Shown here piece by piece: positions 10,523-20,163 of a DNA stretch of 64,000 nucleotides (position 1 is its first letter; each line of letters starts with the position of its first letter). This DNA comes from Thermodesulfobacteriota bacterium (GTDB taxonomy: Bacteria; Desulfobacterota; Desulfobacteria; Desulfobacterales; Desulfosudaceae), in NCBI GenBank assembly GCA_034189195.1, contig JAXHVI010000227.1, positions 104-64,103 of the forward strand. The letters are read 5' to 3'. The notes beneath the pieces are model-generated. The model worked only from the letters and a program-made list of their open reading frames with translations. It was not told the DNA's origin and did not search any database. A program made the translations under genes and the position numbers.

Positions 10523-10945
10523 TCACGCATAAAGCCCGCTGATGGCCGCCGCCGTCTCTTTTACTTTCTCCACCAGCCAGTCTGGTGAAAGCACCTTTAC
10601 CCCTCTCACCCACGACACCACCTCCGGTTCGGACGAGGCGGTAAAGATCAGCGCAACACCATCCTTTTTCTGTTCTGTCTTCTGGTCCGGGCTCAGGCGC
10701 CGCTCTTTTGCAAAAGCCGCCGCATACCCGGTCAGCGACACCTCCACCTGGAAGGTCTCCTGCTTGATCACACCAAAGGCCTGGTTGAAATGCTTTTCGA
10801 AATTGTTGGTTTTCGGAAAAACAAACTTCCGGTCCGTGGGTTCCACCGCCTTCAGCCGGTGCACGGCCAGCAGCGCCGCGCGGTTCTCATCGGCCTGGCC
10901 ATGGTGGACATCCAAATGGATCACTGACAGCCTGAGCCTCTTCAT
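10523..10945 (-). pseudogene. C-terminal remnant of a WYL-domain transcriptional regulator
   Basis: LLAVHRLKAVE...FNQAFGVI...EVVSWV..VKVLSPDWLVEKVKE resembles WYL/WCX C-terminus; no N-terminal HTH; abuts the end of cbiK. Confidence 0.6.
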
Positions 10946-11757
10946 CGCCGATCGCACATATAGATGGGGTTGGATGCTTTTCGTGCTTCGGCTACGGGAA
11001 TTACCGCCAGCGCGCCGCGGATATGGGTTGCAAAAATGTCGATGATCGACCCACGCGAGCCCATCGCCTCGCTCTCCAAAGCGACCTGGATGCCATGGGC
11101 TTCCAGGGCTGTCTTCCAGGAGTCTTCCGGCCCGGCCAGGTCCTCGGCAAAATGGACGCCGGCCACCAGCATGAAAGGCATCAGGCGGACACGGCGAAAG
11201 CCCGCGTCGACAATTCGGCGGATAATGACATCCCGGTCGGGCCAGCCATCCTCGATCATTCCCACAAAAGCCCTTGTGCCGTAGATTTGCCGGAGACGGC
11301 AGGAAAAGGCCGGGTAGGTCGTCCAGGCGCAGTGGTCCGTGCCGTGGCCCACCAGCACGACAGCCTCCGATTCATCCCGGGCGAAGACCGGCGCCAGGGC
11401 CTCAACGACGGCCTGGTGGTCCTCCTGACTGCACAGCAGGGAATGGCCTACACTCACTCGGCACGCGGGGTGCTGGACATCGTTGACCAGGCGGTAGAAC
11501 TCATGGCCGCAGATCATGTTGAAGGACTGCACCACCGCCCAGGGATGGCCCTGATCGGCTAAACGGGCCAGAACCGTGGCTGGATCGAGGGTTTCAATGT
11601 CACGTTTTTTAAGGCGATGGCGAATGGTGCGCGACGTATAAGCCCAGTGGATGTCGTGACCGGCAAACCGGGCTTTCAGGTGGCGGTCCACCTCCTCGTA
11701 TACCGCCCGGGACCGGCTGGTGGTGCCGAAGGCGGCAATGATAATCGGGTGCATCAT
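10942..11757 (-). CDS. cbiK: Sirohydrochlorin cobaltochelatase CbiK, cytoplasmic type
   Basis: AAFGTTS, WAYTSRTIR, GHEF, VLVGHGTDH, PFMLVAGVHFAEDLAG..DSWK; no signal peptide. Confidence 0.88.
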   Translation of the reverse strand: MMHPIIIAAFGTTSRSRAVYEEVDRHLKARFAGHDIHWAYTSRTIRHRLKKRDIETLDPATVLARLADQGHPWAVVQSFNMICGHEFYRLVNDVQHPACRVSVGHSLLCSQEDHQAVVEALAPVFARDESEAVVLVGHGTDHCAWTTYPAFSCRLRQIYGTRAFVGMIEDGWPDRDVIIRRIVDAGFRRVRLMPFMLVAGVHFAEDLAGPEDSWKTALEAHGIQVALESEAMGSRGSIIDIFATHIRGALAVIPVAEARKASNPIYMCDRR

Positions 11758-12800
11758 GGCAAAGATTCTCTTTCAGTTGCGCTTGACGGGCGCCCATGGT
11801 CCATCCGGTAAAGGGTACGGTACAAATCACAAGCCAGTAAAGGTTCGTGGCTTTGATTGTAAAAAAGCCTGCTGGGGCAGTCTCCCGGGCAGATCGCATG
11901 GACCTCGCAGGCGGAACAGACGTCCGGTTGCGCGCGGCACGTTTTCAGTTGGGTCAGCGCTTCGTCGAGCGGCTGCCACACCGTGCCGGCGGCAAACCGC
12001 GGATCGTCGAGCGTTTGCGCGCATGGAAAAATCCGTCCGTCCGGGGTGACCGCCAGGCTTTGGCCCAGGCCGGCATGGCAAAATCCGGAGCGCCTTTTTT
12101 GCTTGTCGGCGGCAGGGAACAACAATTCCCACTCGCGCCATTGGATGGGAACGGCCCGGCGGGCATTGACGGCATCCAACGTCGCGCGCATGCGCTGTAA
12201 CCCCACATCCAATGTGGCGCGATCCGTCTGGGCAACAGCTTCCGGACCAAGGGTACGCCCTTTTCGGACCAGCAGATCCAGCCCGATCCCCCGTGCCATC
12301 GAATATCCGGCCAGGATCAACACCAGTTCATCCAGCCTGGCCGCATTGGCCTGGGTGACCACGGTCGTCACCCGGAAAGGGATACGGGCCGATTCCAACA
12401 GCTGCAGCCCTCTCAAAGTTTCCGCCGCCATGCCGCGCTGGGCTTGATGGACTTGGGGCGGACCGTCCAGGCTGACGCCCACCTGCATGTCGTGCTGTTG
12501 AAAAAGCCTCAACATATCCTGCGTCAGGCAGGTGCCGTTGGTCTGAATGCCGATGGTCAGGCACCGCCCGGTCTTGCGCGCCCGATCGGCCGCTGCTTCG
12601 ACCAGGGTCGGCACCAGCGTCGGCTCGCCGCCGGTGAGCTGAAGATGAAAGCGCGAACCGGCTGTTGCGGCCAGACCGACAGCCTGCTCAAGGACGGCCA
12701 TGGACATGTCCGCGGGCTCTAAGCCATCCCCGTGATAGCAGTAGCGGCAGCGCAGATTACAGCGAGCGGTCAGGACCAGTATAAGATAACGAACGTCCAC
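11754..12800 (-). CDS. Radical SAM/SPASM-domain protein of unknown function
   Basis: CNLRCRYC, TGGEP, IQTNGT, GVSLDGP; C-terminal Cys cluster CHAG...PC...CSACEVHAICPGDC. Confidence 0.85.
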   Translation of the reverse strand: MDVRYLILVLTARCNLRCRYCYHGDGLEPADMSMAVLEQAVGLAATAGSRFHLQLTGGEPTLVPTLVEAAADRARKTGRCLTIGIQTNGTCLTQDMLRLFQQHDMQVGVSLDGPPQVHQAQRGMAAETLRGLQLLESARIPFRVTTVVTQANAARLDELVLILAGYSMARGIGLDLLVRKGRTLGPEAVAQTDRATLDVGLQRMRATLDAVNARRAVPIQWREWELLFPAADKQKRRSGFCHAGLGQSLAVTPDGRIFPCAQTLDDPRFAAGTVWQPLDEALTQLKTCRAQPDVCSACEVHAICPGDCPSRLFYNQSHEPLLACDLYRTLYRMDHGRPSSATERESLP

Positions 12801-12891
12801 TAAAATATGTATCAGGCGCGCGGACCGGCAGCCCCCTCAGCCTGTCGACGAAACGGTCAAGGGGGCCCCTGACCGGTTTCCCGCAACCGCC

Positions 12892-13776
12892 TTACTCGAA
12901 ATGCTTCAGCGGGCCGCGGATGTGGTCCACCCAGATGGCGACGAAGTCATCATATTCCGCGGTGCCCTTCATTACCGGCACGCACGCAATGCCCGCCTTG
13001 GTGAAGACCGATTTCCAGGAATCATCCTCGTCGCCGGCCATGTCGTTCTTGGCGTGATCGCCGGCCACGGACATGAAGGGTATCAGGTAGGCTTTCTTGA
13101 TTTTTTTCTGGAGCATCAACTCCTTGATCACATCGACGTCGGGATAGCCTTCCACCGTGCCGACGAAAATGTTCGGGTCTTTGAGCTGTAATTGAAACAT
13201 CAGGGCGGCATAGAAGGCATTGGACGGATGGGGCGTGCCGTGCCCCATGAGCACCACGGCATCATTCTTTTTCCGCTCCTTGGGGATGGTCTTCAAGATG
13301 GCTGCGACGGTGCGCTCCATATCCTCCTGGGTGCTCATCAAGGGATAGCCCAGGAGGATCTTCTGAAACCGGCCCATGATTTTAAAGGACTCAACGGTGC
13401 GGCACAAGTCGTGGTACTCCTCGCCGCCGATGGTGTGCAGCGACTGCACGGCCACGTGGGTGAAATTCTCGTCCTGCATCCTGGCCAATGCTACTTCCGG
13501 CGAGTCCAGCCGTTTGCCCTGTTTGGCCAGCTTCGCCCGGATGATATGAGACGTATACGCCCAGCGGACGGGGGTGTCCGGAAACGCCGCTTTGACCTGC
13601 TTTTCGATGTTTTCGAACGAAACCTGGGCAGATTCCTCGCTGGAGCCGAATGACACCAACAGGATGCCGACCTTTTGGGAAAGTGTGTGCCCGTGGTCGG
13701 CATAGGCATGAACCGTTCCAAAGGCCGCCAATAGAATTAAAGTCAACAGCATACTAAAAAGTTTTTTCTTGTCCAT
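12892..13776 (-). CDS. cbiK: Sirohydrochlorin cobaltochelatase CbiK, exported (periplasmic) type
   Basis: Start moved to MDKKKLFSMLL (GGAG RBS upstream); Sec signal ending AYA; LLVSFGSS, WAYTSHIIR, MGHGTPH, PFMSVAGDHAKNDMAG..DSWKS. Confidence 0.9.
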   Translation of the reverse strand: MDKKKLFSMLLTLILLAAFGTVHAYADHGHTLSQKVGILLVSFGSSEESAQVSFENIEKQVKAAFPDTPVRWAYTSHIIRAKLAKQGKRLDSPEVALARMQDENFTHVAVQSLHTIGGEEYHDLCRTVESFKIMGRFQKILLGYPLMSTQEDMERTVAAILKTIPKERKKNDAVVLMGHGTPHPSNAFYAALMFQLQLKDPNIFVGTVEGYPDVDVIKELMLQKKIKKAYLIPFMSVAGDHAKNDMAGDEDDSWKSVFTKAGIACVPVMKGTAEYDDFVAIWVDHIRGPLKHFE

Positions 13777-13971
13777 TTTTCTCCTCCATGTTTTGAGATT
13801 AAACAGCTTTTTCGAGATTGGTTCCCCCCGCCCCAGGCCGCGCCGATGCAACGGTCCGAAACAGATCGGGGGCAGCCGCTAAAAAAATGTGGATGACGCG
13901 AAGAGAATACTCCTGCCAGGAAATTCCTCTTCGCGCCATCCCTGGCGTGCGGCATCAACCGGTATCAAAAT

Positions 13972-14009
13972 AAAAAAGCCCTTCATGCGAAAAACACGCA
14001 TGAAGGGCT
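13972..14009 (-). terminator. Intrinsic terminator in the riboswitch leader of cbiK
   Basis: 13-bp stem AGCCCTTCATGCG/CGCATGAAGGGCT followed by a U tract on the minus strand. Confidence 0.75.
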
Positions 14010-14080
14010 GCACCCAGCTTCCTTGGCCCTGCATCGCCTGCATCCGATACCACGTCGGATCAGAGGCATTCCATCATCAA

Positions 14081-14236
14081 AGGCAGGTCTTCTGGCTTCC
14101 GGATCACTCTACCTTCCGCACCTTCCCGTTTCGATGAGATCCGAAACAGTGGCATCCGCGGATTTCGTCCCCGGTTACAGCGGCGGGACCGCTCCCGATT
14201 TGAACGGGATTCCCTATTAAGCCCGTGGGCACCTTT
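14081..14236 (-). ncRNA. Cobalamin riboswitch
   Basis: Minus strand AGGTGCC...TTAATAGGGAATCCCGTTCAAATCGGGAGCGGTCCCGCCGCTGTAAC...GCCACTG...GGGAAGG...AGCCAGAAGACCTGCC (B12 box). Confidence 0.95.
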
Positions 14237-14241
14237 TTCTT

Positions 14242-14270
14242 ATTGTGAAGCATATACGACGGCTTGTCAA
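14242..14270 (-). promoter_or_regulatory. sigma70 promoter upstream of the riboswitch
   Basis: TTGACA-17 nt-CACAAT on the minus strand, a few nt before the aptamer. Confidence 0.65.
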
Positions 14271-16371
14271 GCCATTTGTTTTGAAAGTAATTCAGCGTGA
14301 AAGGCGATGGCGGCCTCCAGCAGGCGACGGGTGATCTCCTCCAGGGCGTAGGAGTTCTCTTTGCGCAACCACGCGCGGTTCTCTTCATCCAGGATGTAGG
14401 TGTGCACCACGGCGTCCAAGAGCGGTTTGGGCTTCCGGCCGCCCACCGCCATGGCTGCAGTGGCCATCCCCCCCTGGCTGACGGCACAACAGCCGCAATC
14501 GAGCACGTCGTACTCGGCCGAGGACTGTTTCATGAAGGTGACCTCCACCCGGGGGCGCGGTCGGCGCGACCCGTCCGGCAACGCCAACACCAGACCAGCC
14601 GGGTCCATGGGCAGTGTTTTCAGCACCCGCCCCTGACCATCCCACACCGGCCGTGCGCCCATGAGGGCCAGGATCTGGCACAGCAGTTCGCCGTCGGACT
14701 TGAAGGCGTCGGAACTCCAGATGCTGATGCCCACGCTTTCGGGAAAGCGTTCTTCTTCCCGGTACCTGAGCAGCAGCTTGTCGGCCATCTCGCACCCGAT
14801 CTTTCATGCGGTGCGGGTAGGCAGGATGGTCACATCGGTGGCGTAAAAATTGCGGCCCGTGGGCAACACCGCCGGATTGCCCCGGCTGACCGCGCCGCTC
14901 AGTCCGGGAGAAATGTACCGGCCGTCGAGCCCCTGGAGCAGCCGGTCGATTTCTTCATCGCAGCGGGCGAGGTGTTCGGCAACGGCTTTACAATAAGGAA
15001 CCAACGATTTGAGGTGCTCCTCCGGCACTTTGGCTGGGCCGCCCCGGAGGATTTGCCCGATCAGGGCCGCCGCCCCCTCGTAAGCATCCGCAGTGATGTT
15101 TCCTGACCAGGCGCAGAGGGTTGCAAGGTCGGGCAGGTCAGGCGGCGGCGTCCGCAAGATGGTCGCCAGAATCTTGGCCGTGCCGCCGGTGTCCGGCGGC
15201 ATGCCCACATCGTAACCGGCCTTTTTCATCTGCCGCAACACCCGGGCCATGCTCTCGAAGGCGTCCAGCCCCACGGCCATGCCCACGGTGGCTTCCATGC
15301 CCTTGCAGGGGTTGTTGTGCAGCACGAAAGTGATGCGCTTGTCCCGGTTGGCAGTGCGACGCAGGGTCACCCACCGTTTGACCCGTCGGCAGAGAGTGTC
15401 GATGCGTTCACCGATCGGCAGAAAGGGACGGTACCCGATGCCAGCGGGCTGTTGCGGATCCTGGCGGCTGCCGGCCACCAAAATCGGCGCGATCACGCCG
15501 TTGGTCTCCGGCTGGGCCAGGAAATAGACGGCGGTCATGGCCGGCAACCCCTGGGGATCGGCCCGCCGCTGGTCCGGGCTCTGGCTATGAGCGCGCAGCA
15601 ATTGGATGACGGGCACGTCCAGGCCTTCCAGCAAATGCAGCCGGTCGGTGTTTTTGACCAGGCGCCCGGCCATCAAATTGAGCACCACATCCACACCCGC
15701 CGTTTTGAAAAAATCCAGCCACGGCGGTTCCCGGTCGCCGTCGCCGCCTTCCACGCCGGCGCAAAAGACGCGCGCGGGCATCCTGCCGTGGGATTCCAAA
15801 ACGATGATCACCGCATCCACATCGGCGGTGTTCTCCTCCACCAATTGGGTGTAGTAGAATAGCACGCCGATCCCGGGGCGGTTGGCGGCGGCATGATTCG
15901 CATACCATGCCCGATACGCCGTCATGTCGGTAAAGGGTTGCGGGGACCGGGGATGATAGATGCCGGTGGTGGCCACCTTTTCGGACTGTGCAAAAGCGCA
16001 ACCCTCACCGGCCTATGGGCCAGAAACAAGATGCCGTTGACGAAATTGGTCAACGACACCCTGGCGACATAGTGCCTGAACTCGACCGCCGTCTCGGAAG
16101 AAAAGGTGGTAAAATCGGCGGGCATCTCGGGAGAGAGCCCGATGCGCCGGGCCACCCGGCGACCGGCCTCCAGAAACGCGTCATAGCCGGGCAGGCCCAC
16201 GGCGAGATCGGCGATCAACAGATCAACCGCATCGGTCAAATTTTCAATCGATCCGGCCGCCGTGGTCTGGACGGCAAACTGCAGGTCGATGCCGTCGGCT
16301 TCGAGGCGCTCGACCACCCGCTGCCAGGTTCGATGGTGGAACATGAGACTGTGAACGTAAAGGATGCGCAT
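14267..16371 (-). pseudogene. cobN: Degraded CobN/Mg-chelatase H-like gene
   Basis: Three ORF pieces with CobN motifs (GIYHP, QPETNGVI, LHNNPCKG..VGLDAFES, GLSGAVSRG..VLPTGRNFY, YALEEITRRLLEA); frameshift near 15980, in-frame TGA at 14804-14806 where the intact copy has Trp, several internal deletions (2.1 kb versus 3.8 kb). Confidence 0.85.
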
Positions 16372-16385
16372 GGGCTCCTCGCTGG

Positions 16386-18425
16386 TTAAAACTGAAAACC
16401 GTAAGATGCGTAAAAGGCGCGGCCCGGCTTGGGGTAGCCGCGTTTCTCGTAGTAGTCCTTGTCAAAGATGTTGTCGATTTTAAACAACAGACGATGATGA
16501 TCGAACAGGGTTGTCCCGATGGCCAGATCCACGACCGTAAAGGATGGATACTCGATTTCCGGGTAGCCTGCGGTCACCCAGTCGGTATCCTTCATTTCAC
16601 CCTGGCTGCGGACGTGCAACTTCCCATCGAACAGGCCGTCATTATACTGGATGCCATAGTTGATGGTATACTCGGCGACATTATGGATGTCGTGCATGGT
16701 CCCGTCCGACTGCTCTTCCTCGGCCTTGAAAATATGCGTCGCGTTGGCGAACAACTCGAGTGAACGATCCCAGCCCAGGGGGGCGCCGATATCGAATGAG
16801 ACCATGGTCTCCAGGCCTTCGATCTCTGCGCCGAGGCCATTTTCATAGGTCTTGTAATTGCCGATCTGCACGCTGACGATCTTGTCGTCCACGTCGGTGT
16901 GAAAACAGGTCACATCCAGGGACAGCCCCCAGACTGGACGGTCGAACCCCACCCCGACATCGTAGGAGAGAGACGTTTCCGGGTCCAGATTGGCATTGCC
17001 CTCGGTGGTCATGGTTTCGCCATCGACCTCGGTTTGGGAATATCCGGCCAATTCCCAGGCGCTGGGGGGAACAAAGGCCTGGCCGACGGTGGTGTGCAGG
17101 CGGACCCCTATATCAAAAAGGTAATTCAAACCGGCGCGGGGACTGAAGGTCGAAAAACTTTCCGCTTTGGGGGTGAAGTCGGTCTTGTAGGGCGTTTCCA
17201 CGGTTTCGACGTCGAAGGTGTCGTAACGTCCACCGGCGGTGGCGGTCAGCTGTTCGTTCATGAATTTCCAAATGGTCTCCAGATATCCAGCCATGTTCTC
17301 ACGACTCTCGTCGGGAGAGGACGGGGCCTTGCGACTGCCGTCTGTATTGTAGCTGCGGCTCTCCTTGTCGATGTCCTGATAGTCGACGCCAACGATAAAC
17401 CGATGCACCGACCAGGTGATCTCATCCTTGAGTTGAAGTCCCTGCCAGCTGGTTTCCGAGTCGTAACTCCGATAAGCGGGCACGATGGTGGAGCCGCTGT
17501 AGCGCTTGTAATACTCAGCCTTTTCACCGGTATAATAGGCGGTAAAGGCCAGCCGGTTGTTCAGTCCCAGGTTACCGCCAAGGGTGCAATCCATGCCGTG
17601 ATTGTCGATATCCTTGTTTTGCGGCCGGGCATCGCCGTAAGCAATGTCGCCGGGGGTTTCGATGTCACGGCCCTGGTAGATGTCGCCGCTCACATCGATG
17701 CGCCAGGCCTCGCCCAGATCAGCACCCAGCCGAAGCCCCCCGTTGCGGGTCTCGAAGCTGGTGTTGGCCCGCTTTTCACCGCTGCCCATGGTGAGGTCGT
17801 CTTGCTGGTCGTAGCGCCGGCCATATATATCGAAATCAAAACGTGAGCCAAGGCCGCCGCCCAGGGATGCTTTTTGATAATTGGTTTCAAAAGACCCAAA
17901 TCCAATCTTGGCATCACCGGTCAACTCATCTGTATTTTTCTTGGTGATGATATTCACCACGCCGCCCATGGCCTCACCACCGTAAAGCGATGATGCCGGG
18001 CCTTTGAGGACTTCGATACGCTCGATGTTATCCGCCAGTACGGTGGCCAGGTTTGTGGCCCCCACCGGGCGACCGTTTTTCAGCATCAGCGAGTGCTTGG
18101 TGATGCCCTTGAATTCGGGCCGGAATCCACGGATACCGATGCCGGCCAGGGCGCCGGGATATTCGATAACGCCGATGGAAGCATTTTTTTTCAGCTGCTC
18201 GGTGATCGTCTCCCCCACGGTCAAGTCGATGTCCAGGCTGTCGATCACCTCGATCTTGGTCGGTATTTCCTGGATATTCTCCTCGCTGCGGGTGGCCGTG
18301 ACCACCATATCCTCCACGATTTCTTTTCTCTTGGGTTCCTCGGCATCGGCCGCCCACGCGGCAGAGCCCGACAACACTAATATCACCATCAGCGTCAAAA
18401 AACTTTTTCCGACAATCGTCTTCAT
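16386..18425 (-). CDS. TonB-dependent outer-membrane receptor (BtuB-like)
   Basis: Signal peptide, TonB box DMVVTATR, plug IERIEVLKGPASSLYGGEAMGGVVNIITKK, NLDPETS, C-terminal Phe; directly downstream of a cobalamin riboswitch. Confidence 0.92.
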   Translation of the reverse strand: MKTIVGKSFLTLMVILVLSGSAAWAADAEEPKRKEIVEDMVVTATRSEENIQEIPTKIEVIDSLDIDLTVGETITEQLKKNASIGVIEYPGALAGIGIRGFRPEFKGITKHSLMLKNGRPVGATNLATVLADNIERIEVLKGPASSLYGGEAMGGVVNIITKKNTDELTGDAKIGFGSFETNYQKASLGGGLGSRFDFDIYGRRYDQQDDLTMGSGEKRANTSFETRNGGLRLGADLGEAWRIDVSGDIYQGRDIETPGDIAYGDARPQNKDIDNHGMDCTLGGNLGLNNRLAFTAYYTGEKAEYYKRYSGSTIVPAYRSYDSETSWQGLQLKDEITWSVHRFIVGVDYQDIDKESRSYNTDGSRKAPSSPDESRENMAGYLETIWKFMNEQLTATAGGRYDTFDVETVETPYKTDFTPKAESFSTFSPRAGLNYLFDIGVRLHTTVGQAFVPPSAWELAGYSQTEVDGETMTTEGNANLDPETSLSYDVGVGFDRPVWGLSLDVTCFHTDVDDKIVSVQIGNYKTYENGLGAEIEGLETMVSFDIGAPLGWDRSLELFANATHIFKAEEEQSDGTMHDIHNVAEYTINYGIQYNDGLFDGKLHVRSQGEMKDTDWVTAGYPEIEYPSFTVVDLAIGTTLFDHHRLLFKIDNIFDKDYYEKRGYPKPGRAFYASYGFQF

Positions 18426-18482
18426 TTTTTCCTCCGTTCAAAGTAGTTATTGACTTCCGTCATGCGTCGTGCTGCGAGGAAG

Positions 18483-18504
18483 AAAAAAAGCCCCTGACGG
18501 GGCT
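18483..18504 (-). terminator. Intrinsic terminator in the receptor leader
   Basis: AGCCCC-GTCA-GGGGCT plus U tract on the minus strand. Confidence 0.65.
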
Positions 18505-18612
18505 CGAATGGGGTCTGTTCTTTTGCGGAAAGGCAAAGCCGGTGGAAACCTTTTCAGCACTTTCGTCAAAGCAGGACCGAATCCTCGTCAGTCTGATACA
18601 CTTTGCCTGCAG

Positions 18613-18869
18613 CCGGCAGGTCTTCTGGCTTCACCGCCCGACAAGCGGCCTTCCCACTGCTCAATCAGAGCGCAGCAGTGACCATTGTCTTGCCCATCGG
18701 GTTCCCCGTCCGTTTAAAGGACAGGGCGGTGTCACAGCGGCGGGACCGCTCCCGATTTTCACGGGATTCCCTGTTATCGCCCGGCACATGCATGCCTTGG
18801 GCGGCCGGATGCCCGAATGCGGTTTCAGTAACTCCCTTCGGTGTCATTCCGTGTCGGGTGAACACCTGA
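18613..18869 (-). ncRNA. Cobalamin riboswitch with extended P2 region
   Basis: Minus strand CAGGTG...(about 86 nt)...TAACAGGGAATCCCGTGAAAATCGGGAGCGGTCCCGCCGCTGTGA...GTCACTG...GGGAAGG...AGCCAGAAGACCTGCC. Confidence 0.9.
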
Positions 18870-18920
18870 AACCACTTCCATTCGTATTTGTTTATTTTTT
18901 TGAGATCACATCCTCTCGCT

Positions 18921-20111
18921 TCAATCCATGTTTTGGATGATTGTTTTCATTGCTCCGGATGAATCATCCCACCTGTGGCCGAAGCCCAGGGCCAGGGCCC
19001 GGCAGACCAGCGCGACGAACGTCGGGTTATCCATTTCCGCCTTAGCCGGAGCCAGGCTTTTGCGGTAGTCGGCCAATCTGCTGTAGTCGCCGCAGACGGC
19101 GCAGGCGATCTGGGCGGCGTAGGCGCCCATGACCTCTCTCCAGCAGGCGGCGGGCAAAACCCCCCAGGCGAACTTGTCCTTCAGGTGCACCATGGCCGCC
19201 ACCGCGGCCACGGTGACCGGATCGCGTTCGATGCCGGTGAAGTTGGCGCGCAGCAGCGCGGCCCGGTCCTGGTCCAGGTAGCGGCAGACTGTCTCAAGCA
19301 TGCCGGCGCGGTCGATCCCGAAGCGCTCCAGGTGAATCTTGGCCGAACACTGGCCGGCCGGGGTCAGGCGGTTCTGGTTGGCCAGGGTCTGCTTGACCGC
19401 CGCCCGCACCACCCGGCCGATGAGCTCGCCCAGCTTGGCGTGCTTGCCGGCGCTTGTCAGCGGCTTTGCCTCGGTTTGCATGGCGGCGACGACGATCTGA
19501 TCGGTGCCCGTGCCCGTGGCCAGGCCGTCGGAGTAGCGCGAATTGACCGCCAGCTCCTGCAAGGCCGCGCTCTTGGCTTCGGTGGCGGTCATGATGACCC
19601 GCGCCATGGCCCCGGCAATCAGCGGATGGTTGATGAAGATCATGGTGTTGATGGTGCCGGGCCCGGGCATATCTTCAGCCGGCGGCAGTTTCTCGAACCC
19701 GTCGGGGGTCTCGAACACGGCGGCGGGATCGCCGGCCCGGCCGGCATTGGCTTCCACGCCGCCGGTGCACACCGCGACCACCTGCAGATCGCGGAATGCT
19801 TCCCGGACAAAGGCGGCGTGGTGCATGTTGGCGGCCGTGCCCATGGTGGCGCAGGCCTCGGCCGGAAGCCCGTAGGGTTCGCAGGTGCGCTTGCGGTAGG
19901 CCATGGGGTCGCGCCACAGGCCGGCGGCGTGCCGGTGGCTGTGGCCCGCCGGTTCGCAGCTCTGGTGGTTGTAAACGTATTCCAGATCGTCCCGCAGGCC
20001 GCCGGCGGCCCGGCACGTGGAAAGCACCTGGTGGGGTTTCAAAAACCTGGCGTAGATGATTTTCTCTTCTCTATGGATCTCAACACCATCGTAATATTTT
20101 TCAATCAGCAT
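18921..20111 (-). CDS. cbiZ: Adenosylcobinamide amidohydrolase CbiZ family protein
   Basis: NHQSCEP, MGTAANM, TGGVEANAGRAGDPA, GTINTM, TATEAKSAAL, ATGTGTDQ, GKHAKLGELIG. Confidence 0.88.
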   Translation of the reverse strand: MLIEKYYDGVEIHREEKIIYARFLKPHQVLSTCRAAGGLRDDLEYVYNHQSCEPAGHSHRHAAGLWRDPMAYRKRTCEPYGLPAEACATMGTAANMHHAAFVREAFRDLQVVAVCTGGVEANAGRAGDPAAVFETPDGFEKLPPAEDMPGPGTINTMIFINHPLIAGAMARVIMTATEAKSAALQELAVNSRYSDGLATGTGTDQIVVAAMQTEAKPLTSAGKHAKLGELIGRVVRAAVKQTLANQNRLTPAGQCSAKIHLERFGIDRAGMLETVCRYLDQDRAALLRANFTGIERDPVTVAAVAAMVHLKDKFAWGVLPAACWREVMGAYAAQIACAVCGDYSRLADYRKSLAPAKAEMDNPTFVALVCRALALGFGHRWDDSSGAMKTIIQNMD

Positions 20112-20163
20112 GCATTCCTCGCAATTTCACAAAAGCTGTTTTCCGTAGCCGGTCATCCCGCTT

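Noticed and set aside
14804-14806. In-frame TGA in the second cobN as possible selenocysteine or readthrough
   Set aside because: It aligns with Trp in the intact CobN, and the gene has other frameshifts and deletions, so it is a nonsense mutation.
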